Assembly (NCBI GenBank): GCA_964249905.1
Contig: CAXUEE010000008.1
Location: 3,764-40,622 of the forward strand
Direction of reading: 5' to 3'
DNA: 36,859 nucleotides
Source of the DNA: an uncultured Acidobacteriaceae bacterium
GTDB taxonomy: Bacteria; Acidobacteriota; Terriglobia; Terriglobales; Acidobacteriaceae
The translations under genes were made by a program, and so were the position numbers. A model generated the notes under the pieces. That model was not told the DNA's origin. It saw nothing but the letters and a program-made list of their open reading frames with translations, and did not search any database. This document shows positions 19,079 to 28,054 of the stretch, in pieces; within the stretch, counting starts at the first letter, position 1; every line of letters begins with the position of its first letter.

Positions 19079-19504
19079 TTATTTGCTTTGGCCGAGTTCG
19101 ATTAGATAGCCATCCGGATCGGTCAGGTAGCAGCGGATCTCTGCACCGCGATCAATCGGATCGGTGAAGAAGCGTGCACCGCGGCTCTTCCAAAGAGCGT
19201 GGGTCGCATGGATATCCGCAACACGCAGGTTCAGGGCCGCCGAAAGCACGTTGCCGTTCTCCGGGGCGGCAGCCGTGACCGCAGGCTTGTCCTCGGTTGG
19301 ACCGCCGCCGGTATTCAGGGTCAGGTAGGCGTTGCTGAGCTTCAGGAAGGTCGGTGGTCCGTGCTGAAGCAACTCCGCGCCCAGCACGTTGACGTAAAAA
19401 TCTGAGGATTGCGTAAGGTCGCGCACGATGAACATAAACGTGGCCAGGAGGCCGCTCTCCGGAATAGGACGGCCGGTATCTTGGGATCCCTGCGCATGTG
19501 CCAT
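19079..19504 (-). CDS. VOC/glyoxalase family protein
   Basis: VRDLTQSSDFYVNVLG, LNLRVADI, EIRCYLTDPDGYLIE. ATG 19504 with AAGGAG. Confidence 0.92.
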   Translation of the reverse strand: MAHAQGSQDTGRPIPESGLLATFMFIVRDLTQSSDFYVNVLGAELLQHGPPTFLKLSNAYLTLNTGGGPTEDKPAVTAAAPENGNVLSAALNLRVADIHATHALWKSRGARFFTDPIDRGAEIRCYLTDPDGYLIELGQSK

Positions 19505-19526
19505 GGCAAACACTCCTTCAATGCGT

Positions 19527-19925
19527 TTACTTGGGTAGGTTCGTGGACGAGAACGCGTAACGCAGGATCTTGAACTCGCCCGCGGCGTTCCTGCGAAAGA
19601 TGAAAAGCTCCTGGTTTGCTTCAGCGCTTGTCTGGCCGGTGGCATGGTCGAGCGTATGCCCGGCGGAGTTGGTGCGCGCATACACCCAGTCGGGCGCCAT
19701 CTCAACCACCTCGGCTACATGGAACTGCACGGAAAGCTGGATCGCGCGGAACACGGCATCGTATGCCTGCCGCAGCGCGGGTTGACCGATGGCGGAGGGA
19801 CCAAATGGCGCCATGAAGGCGCCATCGTCATCATAGAGCGGCATTACGGCGTCGGTGTCGGACGCGTTCAGCGCCCTTTCGTAGGCGCTAAGCACCTTGG
19901 ATACGGCTTCCTCATTGGGCGTCAT
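19527..19925 (-). CDS. SnoaL/DUF4440 NTF2-like protein
   Basis: YERALNASDTDAVMPLYDDDGAFM, ARTNSAG, NQELFIF, KILRYAFS. ATG 19925 with GGAG. Confidence 0.88.
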   Translation of the reverse strand: MTPNEEAVSKVLSAYERALNASDTDAVMPLYDDDGAFMAPFGPSAIGQPALRQAYDAVFRAIQLSVQFHVAEVVEMAPDWVYARTNSAGHTLDHATGQTSAEANQELFIFRRNAAGEFKILRYAFSSTNLPK

Positions 19926-19963
19926 CAGGGAACTCCATATAAATTGGCTATCCATTGATAGTA

Positions 19964-19981
19964 TACCTTCATATCAAGGGA
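19964..19981. promoter_or_regulatory. Candidate MarR operator
   Basis: TACCTTCATATCAAGGGA, 17/18 identical to the site at 2021-2038. Lies between the divergent SnoaL-VOC and MDR-TrxR units. Confidence 0.65.
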
Positions 19982-20051
19982 CATTCTCTTACCCCGTGGA
20001 GCGGGGCGGCCGTGTCCTTTGAGGTCAATAAGTGCGAGGAGCCGAATCGGC

Positions 20052-20960
20052 ATGAAGGCGAGCGTGATGCAGCAGTACGGCGGTCCCGAGGTTTTGATCT
20101 ACAGCGACTTTCTTGATCCAGCCCCGGTGCAGGGCGAGGTCCTGATCCGCGTCGCCGCCGCGAGTGTGAATCCGGTGGATCTGTTCCAGCGCAGCGGCGG
20201 CACTAAGGACTATCTGCCCGTGTCGTTTCCCGGGATTATCGGCTGGGACGTGGCCGGCATCGTGGAGGCGCTCGGCCCCGGCGTTACCAGCTTCGCCGTG
20301 GGTGATCGCGTGATGGCCTGGGCTTTCGCCACCTATGCGGAGCTGTGCGCCGTGAACGCGTCCGTTGTGTCGCGTGTGCCTGACGAGATCAATTTGCAGG
20401 ACGCGGCTGCCCTGCCGCTGGCAACGCCCACGGGCAGCCAGTTGATCTCGGAGGCAAGCGGCGTAAAGCCTGGTCTGCGTGTGCTTGTCTCCGGCGCAGC
20501 CGGCACCGTGGCGCGAGCCGCGGTGCGCACGGCCAAGGATCAGGGCGCAACCGTCATCGCCGGCATTCGTGCCGACCAGCGGAACGAGGGCGGGACGCTG
20601 GGCGCCGATGAGGTGCTGGCACTTGACGATGCAGCAGCCTTCGCCAGACTTGAGCCGGTCGATATCGTCGCCAACACGGTCAAGGGAGACACTGCCAGCA
20701 TGCTGATGGACAAGATCAAGGCCGGTGGCACGTTCGCCTCGGTCACCGGACCGCCGGACAATGCGGCGAACTACCCGCGGGTCAAGGTGGTACCCTTCGT
20801 CTCAAAGCAGAGCACGCAGACGATGGATTACATGGCGCGCGAGGCAGCCGCGGGCAGGCTGACAATCCCTATCGCGCTGCGCATGCCGCTGAGCGAAGCG
20901 CGCAAGGCACATGAGGCCATGGCGGCCGGCGTGTCCGGCAAGATCCTGCTGATTCCCTAA
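20052..20960 (+). CDS. NADP-dependent MDR-family oxidoreductase
   Basis: MKASVMQQYGGPEVL, SVNPVD, GWDVAG, VSGAAGTVA, GKILLIP. Paralog of 7821-8750. Confidence 0.92.
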   Translation: MKASVMQQYGGPEVLIYSDFLDPAPVQGEVLIRVAAASVNPVDLFQRSGGTKDYLPVSFPGIIGWDVAGIVEALGPGVTSFAVGDRVMAWAFATYAELCAVNASVVSRVPDEINLQDAAALPLATPTGSQLISEASGVKPGLRVLVSGAAGTVARAAVRTAKDQGATVIAGIRADQRNEGGTLGADEVLALDDAAAFARLEPVDIVANTVKGDTASMLMDKIKAGGTFASVTGPPDNAANYPRVKVVPFVSKQSTQTMDYMAREAAAGRLTIPIALRMPLSEARKAHEAMAAGVSGKILLIP

Positions 20961-20999
20961 ATGGCTCGCCGACCTGCGGCCGGCAAAAGAGACGAGAGC

Positions 21000-22658
21000 A
21001 TGGCACAGACCAGCACCAACCACGACCAGGCCTTTCCTACGCTGAGCCCTGCGGCCCTGGAGCGCGTGAAGCGCTACGGCCAGACCGAAGAGGTACCAAC
21101 GGGCACTGTGCTGACGGCGCAGGGCGAGCCGATGGATCGATTCTTCGTCGTGCTTGACGGTGAAATCAGTGTGGAACAGAACACCCGAGAAGGAATCCAG
21201 CAGGTGGCAACGCACGGCCCCGGCGAGTTCTTCGGTGACGTGCATTCACTCTCAGGCCGGCCAAGCCTGGTCACCGGACGCATGGCGCGGGGCGGCCGAG
21301 TCCACACCGTATCACGCGCCGATCTGCAAAGCCTGATGCACGACGATAGCGAGCTTGGCGAGCTCTTCATGCGGGCGTTCATCCTCCGCCGGCTTGAACT
21401 CCTCGCATCCTCGGTGGGCGACGTTGTCGTATTGGGGTCTCCCAACTCCAGCGGCACGCTGCGCGTCCGCGAGTTCCTCACCCGCAACGGCTACCCACAC
21501 TCCTTTCTTAACCTGGAGAATGAAGCGGACGTGCAGGCGATGCTGGATCGCTTCGCGGTCTCGATCGACGAAATCCCGGTGCTGATCTACCAGGGCAAGA
21601 CGGTGATGCGGAACCCGAGCAATGAGGAGGTCGCCACTGCACTCGGCTTTAACCAAAGCGTCAGCGAAGACGAGATCCGCGATGTGATTATCGTGGGCGC
21701 GGGACCTGCAGGACTCTCCGCGGCGGTGTACGCCGCCTCCGAGGGCCTGAGCGCGCTGCTACTGGAGACCAAGGCACCGGGCGGGCAGGCCGGCTCGAGC
21801 TCGCGCATCGAGAACTATCTCGGCTTCCCGAATGGCATTGCGGGGCTGGAGCTTGCCGGCCGCGCTTTCGACCAGGCGCAGAAGTTTGGTGCGGAGTTTC
21901 TGATCGCGAGGTCTGCCGTCGAGCTTGCCTGTGGTTCCAAGCCGCTGCGCCTCAACACGACCGGCGGGTCGGCCCTGCAAGCCAGGACGATCGTCATCGC
22001 GAGCGGCGCCTGCTACCGCAAGCTGCCGATTCCGGGCCTGGAGCATTTCGAAGGCGTGGGCATTTACTACGGCGCCTCGACACTTGAGGCACAGATGTGC
22101 AGCTCACATGACGTGGTGGTCGTCGGTGGCGGGAACTCCGCCGGGCAGGCCGCCGTGTTTCTCGCGAATACGGCGCGCCATGTGCATATCTTTATCCGCT
22201 CCGGCGAGCTCGCCGCATCCATGTCGCGCTACCTGATCCGGCGCATCGAGGACACCGCGAACATCACACTGCATCCGTACACGGAGATCACAGCCCTCTA
22301 CGGAGAGCAGCACCTGGAGAGCATCGAGGTGCTGAACAACAGCACGGGCGAGCGCACTCGCCAGGAAATCCGCCATGTGTATCTGATGACCGGCGCGAGC
22401 CCCAACACAGCGTGGCTGCGGCAGTGTGTGGCGCTCGATGAGAAAGGGTTCATTCTCACAGGGCTCGCGCTCACCGACGAGCATCTCCAGCGCTTCGGCT
22501 GGCCGTTGCAGCGTCGACCGTACCTGCTGGAGACCAGCACACCGGGCGTGTTCGCCGCTGGCGATGTGCGCTCCGGGAGCGTAAAGCGCGTAGCCTCCGG
22601 CGTGGGCGAAGGATCGCTGTCCGTCAGCTTCATCCACCAGGTACTCGCCGCCAGTTAG
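21000..22658 (+). CDS. cNMP-binding-domain / glutaredoxin-like / thioredoxin-reductase-like flavoprotein
   Basis: cNMP fold (QGEPMDRFFVVLDGEI, GPGEFFGD), then GAGPAG, GGQAGSSSRIENYLGFP, GGGNSAG, PGVFAAGDVR. ATG 21000 (20961 is an alternative). Confidence 0.92.
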   Translation: MAQTSTNHDQAFPTLSPAALERVKRYGQTEEVPTGTVLTAQGEPMDRFFVVLDGEISVEQNTREGIQQVATHGPGEFFGDVHSLSGRPSLVTGRMARGGRVHTVSRADLQSLMHDDSELGELFMRAFILRRLELLASSVGDVVVLGSPNSSGTLRVREFLTRNGYPHSFLNLENEADVQAMLDRFAVSIDEIPVLIYQGKTVMRNPSNEEVATALGFNQSVSEDEIRDVIIVGAGPAGLSAAVYAASEGLSALLLETKAPGGQAGSSSRIENYLGFPNGIAGLELAGRAFDQAQKFGAEFLIARSAVELACGSKPLRLNTTGGSALQARTIVIASGACYRKLPIPGLEHFEGVGIYYGASTLEAQMCSSHDVVVVGGGNSAGQAAVFLANTARHVHIFIRSGELAASMSRYLIRRIEDTANITLHPYTEITALYGEQHLESIEVLNNSTGERTRQEIRHVYLMTGASPNTAWLRQCVALDEKGFILTGLALTDEHLQRFGWPLQRRPYLLETSTPGVFAAGDVRSGSVKRVASGVGEGSLSVSFIHQVLAAS

Positions 22659-22700
22659 GGCCGTTGTAGTTAACGCTGCTCCTGCTCGCGCCTTTGACGG

Positions 22701-23799
22701 TCACGCGATCAGAAACTGTATCCGGCGTGGTTGCCTTTCCGCCGCAGCGTCGATCTGCTTGCGCATCGGTCTGTCAAACGGAGCTATGACGCTGTTGCCA
22801 CAGCAGTCCTCCAACTCCGTTGAGACCTCAACCGCGTGGATCCCGGCCGCCCACGGTATCTCTGGTTGAAAGCGGCAGCTGGTCTCGCAGGCGAGCACCT
22901 CCAGGCAGCCGAGAACACGAGTGCCTTTAGGGCTGGCAATCCTGACAGCGTGGCGGAGGGATAGCTGATCGAGGGCGCGGCCGAACTCGACGATGACTGG
23001 ATCGCTGCTGCCGGCTGCCGGCGCGGTCACCCGCCATGCGTTAGTGTTGATCGCTTCGCGGCTCGGCTGCTTTGGGAAAAAGAGTTTGCGGAAGGGCTCT
23101 GAAAGGGGCGTGCCGTCCGCGCTCAACATCCCGGCGCCGATCGCCAGAGCGTACGCCCTTCCCTGTTGTAAGGGAGGCCCAAAAGAGCGTTTGGACCGAC
23201 GAAACGCTTCAGTCTGCCGGGATCCAGAAGCACCGTCAGCTGGCGAATCGTCCTGTCCCAAAGCTCTACCGGAGCACGGTAGAGCGCGTCCTCCACGGGC
23301 GAACCGTCGCCATTGAGAATCTGGATGTTCTGCACGGCGCAGCCCCGGCGCATGGCTGGCTGAATAGCAAGTGAAATCGCAAAAGATTTGCCGGCAGGCG
23401 ATCGGCTGTCGGGTACGCATGCGTTACCTGGCAGCTTGCGACCGGCTGCTGAGGCAAGACCGTGAACTCTTTCCGAAGCACAGGCTCACGATCCGGCATG
23501 CCGCAGAACGATACACGGTACTGTAGGCCACGCGGAAAGGGCAGTAGCGGAGTAAACACTACTTCATTGCCGCAAACTTGATGTGACCGGCCACCGCTGG
23601 ACCGTCCGCTTGCTCCGTTGCCTCGCTACTTGCTACGTGAACGCGCAGCAAGCCAGCCAAGGCCAAAGGATCGGCCTTATGCCGAGCCAATTCAAGAGCG
23701 AAGCGGCCTGCAGCTCGAGAACAATGGAGGCCGCTGGCCCGAACATCTCTGAATCAGTCCACTGACGCGCGGGTGGAGCGCAGGCGACCTGCTCAACAT
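22701..23799 (-). pseudogene. Conserved hypothetical protein with probable Ig-like domains, frameshifted
   Basis: Fragments: VFTPLLPF; YPTADRLPANLLRFHLLFSQP; ELWD...LTVLLDPGRLKR; FQPEIPWAAG...LEDCCGN...PFDRP. ATG 23799 with GGGAG. At least three frameshifts. Confidence 0.72.
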
Positions 23800-23841
23800 G
23801 TACTCCCTTCGCCCGCCCGCGTCATCTCGGCTCCCTTGTCC

Positions 23842-25113
23842 TCACAATTTGTCGGGGCCGCGATTGGTGCGGTACTCAAACGGGTCTGGGCCATCAGGCC
23901 AGTTCATTTCGGACATGCCGTCCTTGCGCTCAAAGAAGTATGGGCACGCCAGGGTGCTCAGATCGAGTCGATACGTCGTTCGTGGATGTCGCCAAAGGAT
24001 GATGGTCCACTTGCTGTTCAGAAATGCCATGTGCTCTGCCCGGATGGGCAGGTCGCGCGCCGTCTTGCCCAAGCCGCTTGGCCCAAAGTCGATCGGAACG
24101 CCGGTCGGCTCCGCAGGTGCACTCTCCAAGTCTGCCACCAGCACCCGCTTGCCGCCTCGGGTGTCAATCGTGACCAGCAGGTACTCCTTCCCAACGGAGA
24201 TGTCGGTATAGCTCAACATGTCCAGCGGATTGCTGCCATACCCCAGCTCGCCTATAACCTCGCCGCGGACGTGAGCACCATCCTTCAGGGCAGACAAGGG
24301 GAAGCGAACGAGCGGTGTGCAACCGTACACGGCGAAGAGGAAGGGCTTGCCGTTGAACTCATGGATGTACTGCGCACGCGTTTCAAACTCGCTGTGCACC
24401 GGATGCCAGATCTCCACCGTCGTCTTCGATCGTGATGCATTGAAGGGGTAAGGGATGCGCAGCAGCGTCGACGCGAAGCGTTGATTGGTGATGCCGGAGA
24501 CGAAGATCTCCCCCTTGTGGTATTTGATGTCGGTGATGGCATACATGCGCTGCGGGTCTAACTCCAGCCGTGCCTTCGGGTCCGGCTCATCCGGGATTGC
24601 GACCTGCGTATGCGGGATGCCGGACAGATCCAGAATCTCGAGTTGCCCCTTGTTGAATTTCACAATGACAGGTTCGAGGCTGGGACCGTCCCCGCTCCAC
24701 GGACAGGAAGATCTGCTCGGCGGCCGGATGCACGACCATGTCGTTGATGGTCACATCGTCCAGCGTAGTGCCCAGCATGGCCGCTACCTTGGCGTCAATG
24801 CCTTGCACAAGATCGCGGCCTTCGAAGTTATGAAAATTGCCGATCGGACTACCCTGCTGCGGATTCAGGTCAGCTTCGCGTAACGCGAAGGCGTGCACGG
24901 CCGCCCCGGCGATGTCACCTACAAAGAGCACTTTGTCTGGGCCAAAGGTGAGCACGCCCGCCGAACGGAGTGGACCGGACACCGCGGCTCGGGTCGCGGC
25001 AGCGGGCGGTTGAGCGAACGTCCGCTCGCTGAGAGCCTGACCGCCGAGGCACCCGCAAAGCGCAGCAGGTCGCGACGAGACGGAGCGGATTGCAGAGCAC
25101 GATCAGTAGCCAT
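23842..25113 (-). pseudogene. Tat-signal conserved hypothetical protein (probable beta-propeller), frameshifted
   Basis: Three overlapping ORFs: SRRDLLRF signal; LTFGPDKVLFVGD...INDMVVHP; ITDIKY...FASTL...EIWHPVHSEFETRA...YGCTPLV...ELGYGSNPLDM. Confidence 0.75.
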
Positions 25114-25215
25114 TGAGGTCTCCAGCCTTCTATAAGCGCCGCGATCTCGCCAATGGTGGGTGCCCGGCTATACGAGAACGAATCTGTGAGCTTGCTATCT
25201 CGCAGCGAAGGCTGG

Positions 25216-25678
25216 TTAGATCACGACCTCGCCGCCGTCAGGATCGCTCTGAAAGGTCCAGGAGCCACCCGAGCGGAAGATAGATCCTGTGCCAAAGGTG
25301 TCCTCCATGAATTACATGTAGGTGACCAGACCAGCCTGCACCTTGCAAAAGATCGCAAATGGTGTCGTTATGGTCTTTCCTAGCTTCGTTGAGGTGTAAG
25401 TAAACCTGCCGAAGACAGCAAACTTCCCATCCTCTGCAATCACGTCCTCGGAACGAAAATCATCCACGTGCCAAAAGCGACCGACTTTCAGGAAGGTCTT
25501 GCTGATCGCTTCTGCCCCCTGCCCCGTACCGCACCAAGGCATAATCTTGTAGAGATCCGGATTGCTGTAATTTAAATGAAACGTAGGTCACGTCGGGTGA
25601 GCACAGTTGTTTCACCACCTTGGGATTGCGGATACCGCTGAGCAACTCAGTCACCACCTGCTTTGCATCTGCTGACAT
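25216..25678 (-). pseudogene. SnoaL-like/NTF2 protein with a frameshift and a nonsense codon
   Basis: MSADAKQVV...DVTYVS, extra T near 25575, then NYSNPDL...MPWCG...VTYM, TAA at 25312-25314, then FMEDTFGT...DPDGGEVVI and stop at 25216. Confidence 0.8.
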
Positions 25679-25756
25679 ACTGGTCTCCTCGCCTAGATGT
25701 GGGTCACTGCGATCCAATTGCATAGCTGGGGGCGAGCAAGGCGCCAGCGCGCACAC

Positions 25757-26335
25757 TTACTTGCTGGATGGCGGCACAATGCCGTTCATCCGCAGATACT
25801 CCACCATTTGTCCGTAATGATCGTAAGCGTGAGCGATGCCGTGAGCTGCCATAGTCTCCCGATTTGCGAGCTGGGGTCCAGGAATGATGATCGTCGCGTT
25901 CTCTCTGCTCAACTGAGCGACTGCCTTCCGGGCGAACTGAAGCGAATCCGCAAGCGCACGAACAAGCTCGTCCTTACTCTTCAACGTCCCAAGGCCATTT
26001 GCCGCAGGGTCGACAGGCAGGCCGCCAGCCTCAGCGAAGATATGGTAGTTAGCCTCTGTCACGTGCCGAACCTGATCCGCAAAGGAGCGAACACCGTGGA
26101 AGCTAGCTCCTGGCACATGCAGATCGTCTGGCGAAAAGCTGTATTTCTCCGCAGGCATGGCGCGGGCAACCGGCAGAATGTCTGCTTCCAAAAGATCGAT
26201 GAGGGAGGCAAACGCCTCTGGAGTGCCCGCGTGCTGTACGGAACCCACCTCTTGGCGCATTGCAGTCACCTGCGCTTTTACCGGTAAGGGTCCCACACAC
26301 AGGCCTAAAGCAAGGAAGTAAACAAATCGTTTCAT
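25757..26335 (-). CDS. Signal-peptide-bearing DinB family protein
   Basis: MKRFVYFLALGLCVGPLPVKA signal; AMPAEKYSFSP, VRSFADQVRHV, HAYDHYGQMVEYLRMNGIVPPSS (His triad). Confidence 0.9.
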   Translation of the reverse strand: MKRFVYFLALGLCVGPLPVKAQVTAMRQEVGSVQHAGTPEAFASLIDLLEADILPVARAMPAEKYSFSPDDLHVPGASFHGVRSFADQVRHVTEANYHIFAEAGGLPVDPAANGLGTLKSKDELVRALADSLQFARKAVAQLSRENATIIIPGPQLANRETMAAHGIAHAYDHYGQMVEYLRMNGIVPPSSK

Positions 26336-26350
26336 CTTGACGTAAAGGTA
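26333..26350. promoter_or_regulatory. Candidate MarR operator (1 mismatch) abutting the DinB start codon
   Basis: CATCTTGACGTAAAGGTA, core at 26336-26347. Confidence 0.5.
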
Positions 26351-26391
26351 CTTCCTTGTGTGCTGTTTGTGCAAGCCCGAAAAGCGATCTC

Positions 26392-26427
26392 CGACAGTCT
26401 TTCCATTTGCGATAGCCTTTCCATTTG
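26392..26427. repeat. Two-copy 18-bp tandem repeat
   Basis: CGACAGTCTTTCCATTTG followed by CGATAGCCTTTCCATTTG (16/18 identical). Confidence 0.7.
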
Positions 26428-26429
26428 GA

Positions 26430-26820
26430 GGAGGAGCGAGAAGCCATGATCTTGCTGAACTGGTCCGGCCTGTCCGGCAATCGCTCCAGATGAGGAGACG
26501 CAGTCCACCTTGATACTGCACGTTATAGGGCATCTGCACACCCTCATACTCGGCTGTGAGTGAAATGAGGTGATTGCCACAGCGGGTATGACAGCGTTAC
26601 GGCTGAACCCGCAACCGGGATCTCCAGGTGAGAGTGAACGACTCGCGAAGAGACGTGAGTGGCGTCTACCTCGATACGGATCTGCCTTGCTCTGGACGCG
26701 TGCTAGCGTGTGCCGAACAAAGAACGGGGAGACCACAAACAACGCGATAACGGCCGCAAGATAGTGGACTCGGTCCTTCTGCCACACGGTCGGTTGTTGA
26801 ACACGCGTGCTCTCACTCAT
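26430..26820 (-). pseudogene. M61 glycyl aminopeptidase remnant, N- and C-termini only
   Basis: Signal-like start, then IRIEVDATHVSSRVVHSHLEIPVAGSAVTLSYPLW joined at about 26575 to YNVQYQGGLR / PHLERLPDRPDQFSKIMASR. Confidence 0.78.
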
Positions 26821-27063
26821 GTCGCCCTTATACTATCTCTCTTTCGTCAAGCGTCATCATCGATCAGCAAACTGCAGAGTCAACGGTGCAGCGTCGGCCA
26901 ATGCGAGCTCGTCCCGAAGCACATTGAGCAAGTTGGAACGCAAGGTGGACTTCTGGAGAGAAGAGCCGACTGGCCAGCTAGAAGACCGTGACCTCGGCTC
27001 CCGACTGTAGCGAAGGCGACACTGTCCTGATTGCTGCTCAGTTTCTTACAAAGTCAGTGCCAT

Positions 27064-28014
27064 TCATCCAAGCTCGCGAAAAAATGCGTGCAGATCGGAG
27101 GCTAGAGACCTCGGATCTTCCTCAGCAGCAAAGTGCCCTCCTCTCGGCATCTTCGTCCATCGGGAGACCTTGTAGCCTCGCTCGACCCAACTGCGAGGCG
27201 GCATGACGATCTCTTTCGGGAACACCGCAATCGCGCACGGGACAGCGACGCGTTGATTTGGAGCGAGGTGAAGAGGCGTTCGCCTACCCTCCCGGTAGAT
27301 GCGGAGGATGAAGAGATAGTCTGCGTCATCCATACCCCTTTCCGGCGTCTGAAAGGAACTGCTGTTCGTCGTTCGACAGTTCGGCCCAGAGTGCCAAGTA
27401 GGGACGATATGACCCCGGGATAGTGTGAGGTGAATCCCGAGTAGCCGGTCACTGTGACGCAATCCCAATTCAGTGCTTACGCCAGCACCAATGTCCCCGC
27501 CTTGCGCGGCAAATCTTCTATAGCCGAGAGCTTGCATCAGCTGCACCCATATCTCAGCGATGCGATAGGCGTTAACACCCGGCTCTTGTAGACGGTCGGA
27601 AAATCCGAAACCAGGTAAAGACGGGACAACAACATCGAACGAGGTCTGAACCGCCAGCCCGTGTTCGACGGGATGTGTCAGGAGCGGGATCAACTCTATC
27701 ATTTCCAGAGAAGATCCTGGCCAGCCGTGCGTCAGAATGATGGGGATCGCGCGCGGCCCTTGTCCCTTGATGTGAAGAAAATGGATCTTGCATACACTTG
27801 TCTGGAGCTTGTACTGAGGGACGCCCGCCAAGCGTTCGAGTTGAGACTGCCAGTCGAAGCCATCCCTCCAATACAAGCAGAGTTCCTTAAGGAACTCCCG
27901 ATCAAAGCCGCTCTCCCAATCTGCATCTGACAAGTCAGGCCAGCGCGTCCGATGCAGACGAAAACGCAGATCAGCGAGGGCATCCGGGTCGAATCGTGGT
28001 GTAAGTGACTCCAT
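27064..28014 (-). pseudogene. Microsomal-type epoxide hydrolase (EHN domain), internally deleted
   Basis: LADLRFRLHRTRWPD, THGWPGS, PSLPGFGFS, QGGDIG, FPKE, GGHFAAEE. A scrambled segment follows GIHLT and the cap region is missing. ATG 28014 with GGAG. Confidence 0.8.
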
Positions 28015-28054
28015 CTTTCTCCGAATAACCCCTGCTAGGTGTCTGAAAGATCTG

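Noticed and set aside
19955-19977. TTGATA-N11-TATCAA as a separate LysR-type site
   Set aside because: It overlaps the better-supported MarR-type box, and no intact LysR is in the window.
26826-26851. TTGACG...TATAAG as a sigma70 promoter for the M61 remnant
   Set aside because: The spacer is only 12 nt.
26858-27030. Possible LysR C-terminal remnant on the minus strand (STLRSNLLNVLRDELA)
   Set aside because: Too short and degenerate to support a call.
6568-27777. One-mismatch CTTGA-N2-TCAAG cores at 6568, 7944 and 27766
   Set aside because: They lie inside coding sequence with poor or partial flanks. Treated as background, and they show that single-mismatch hits alone are weak evidence.
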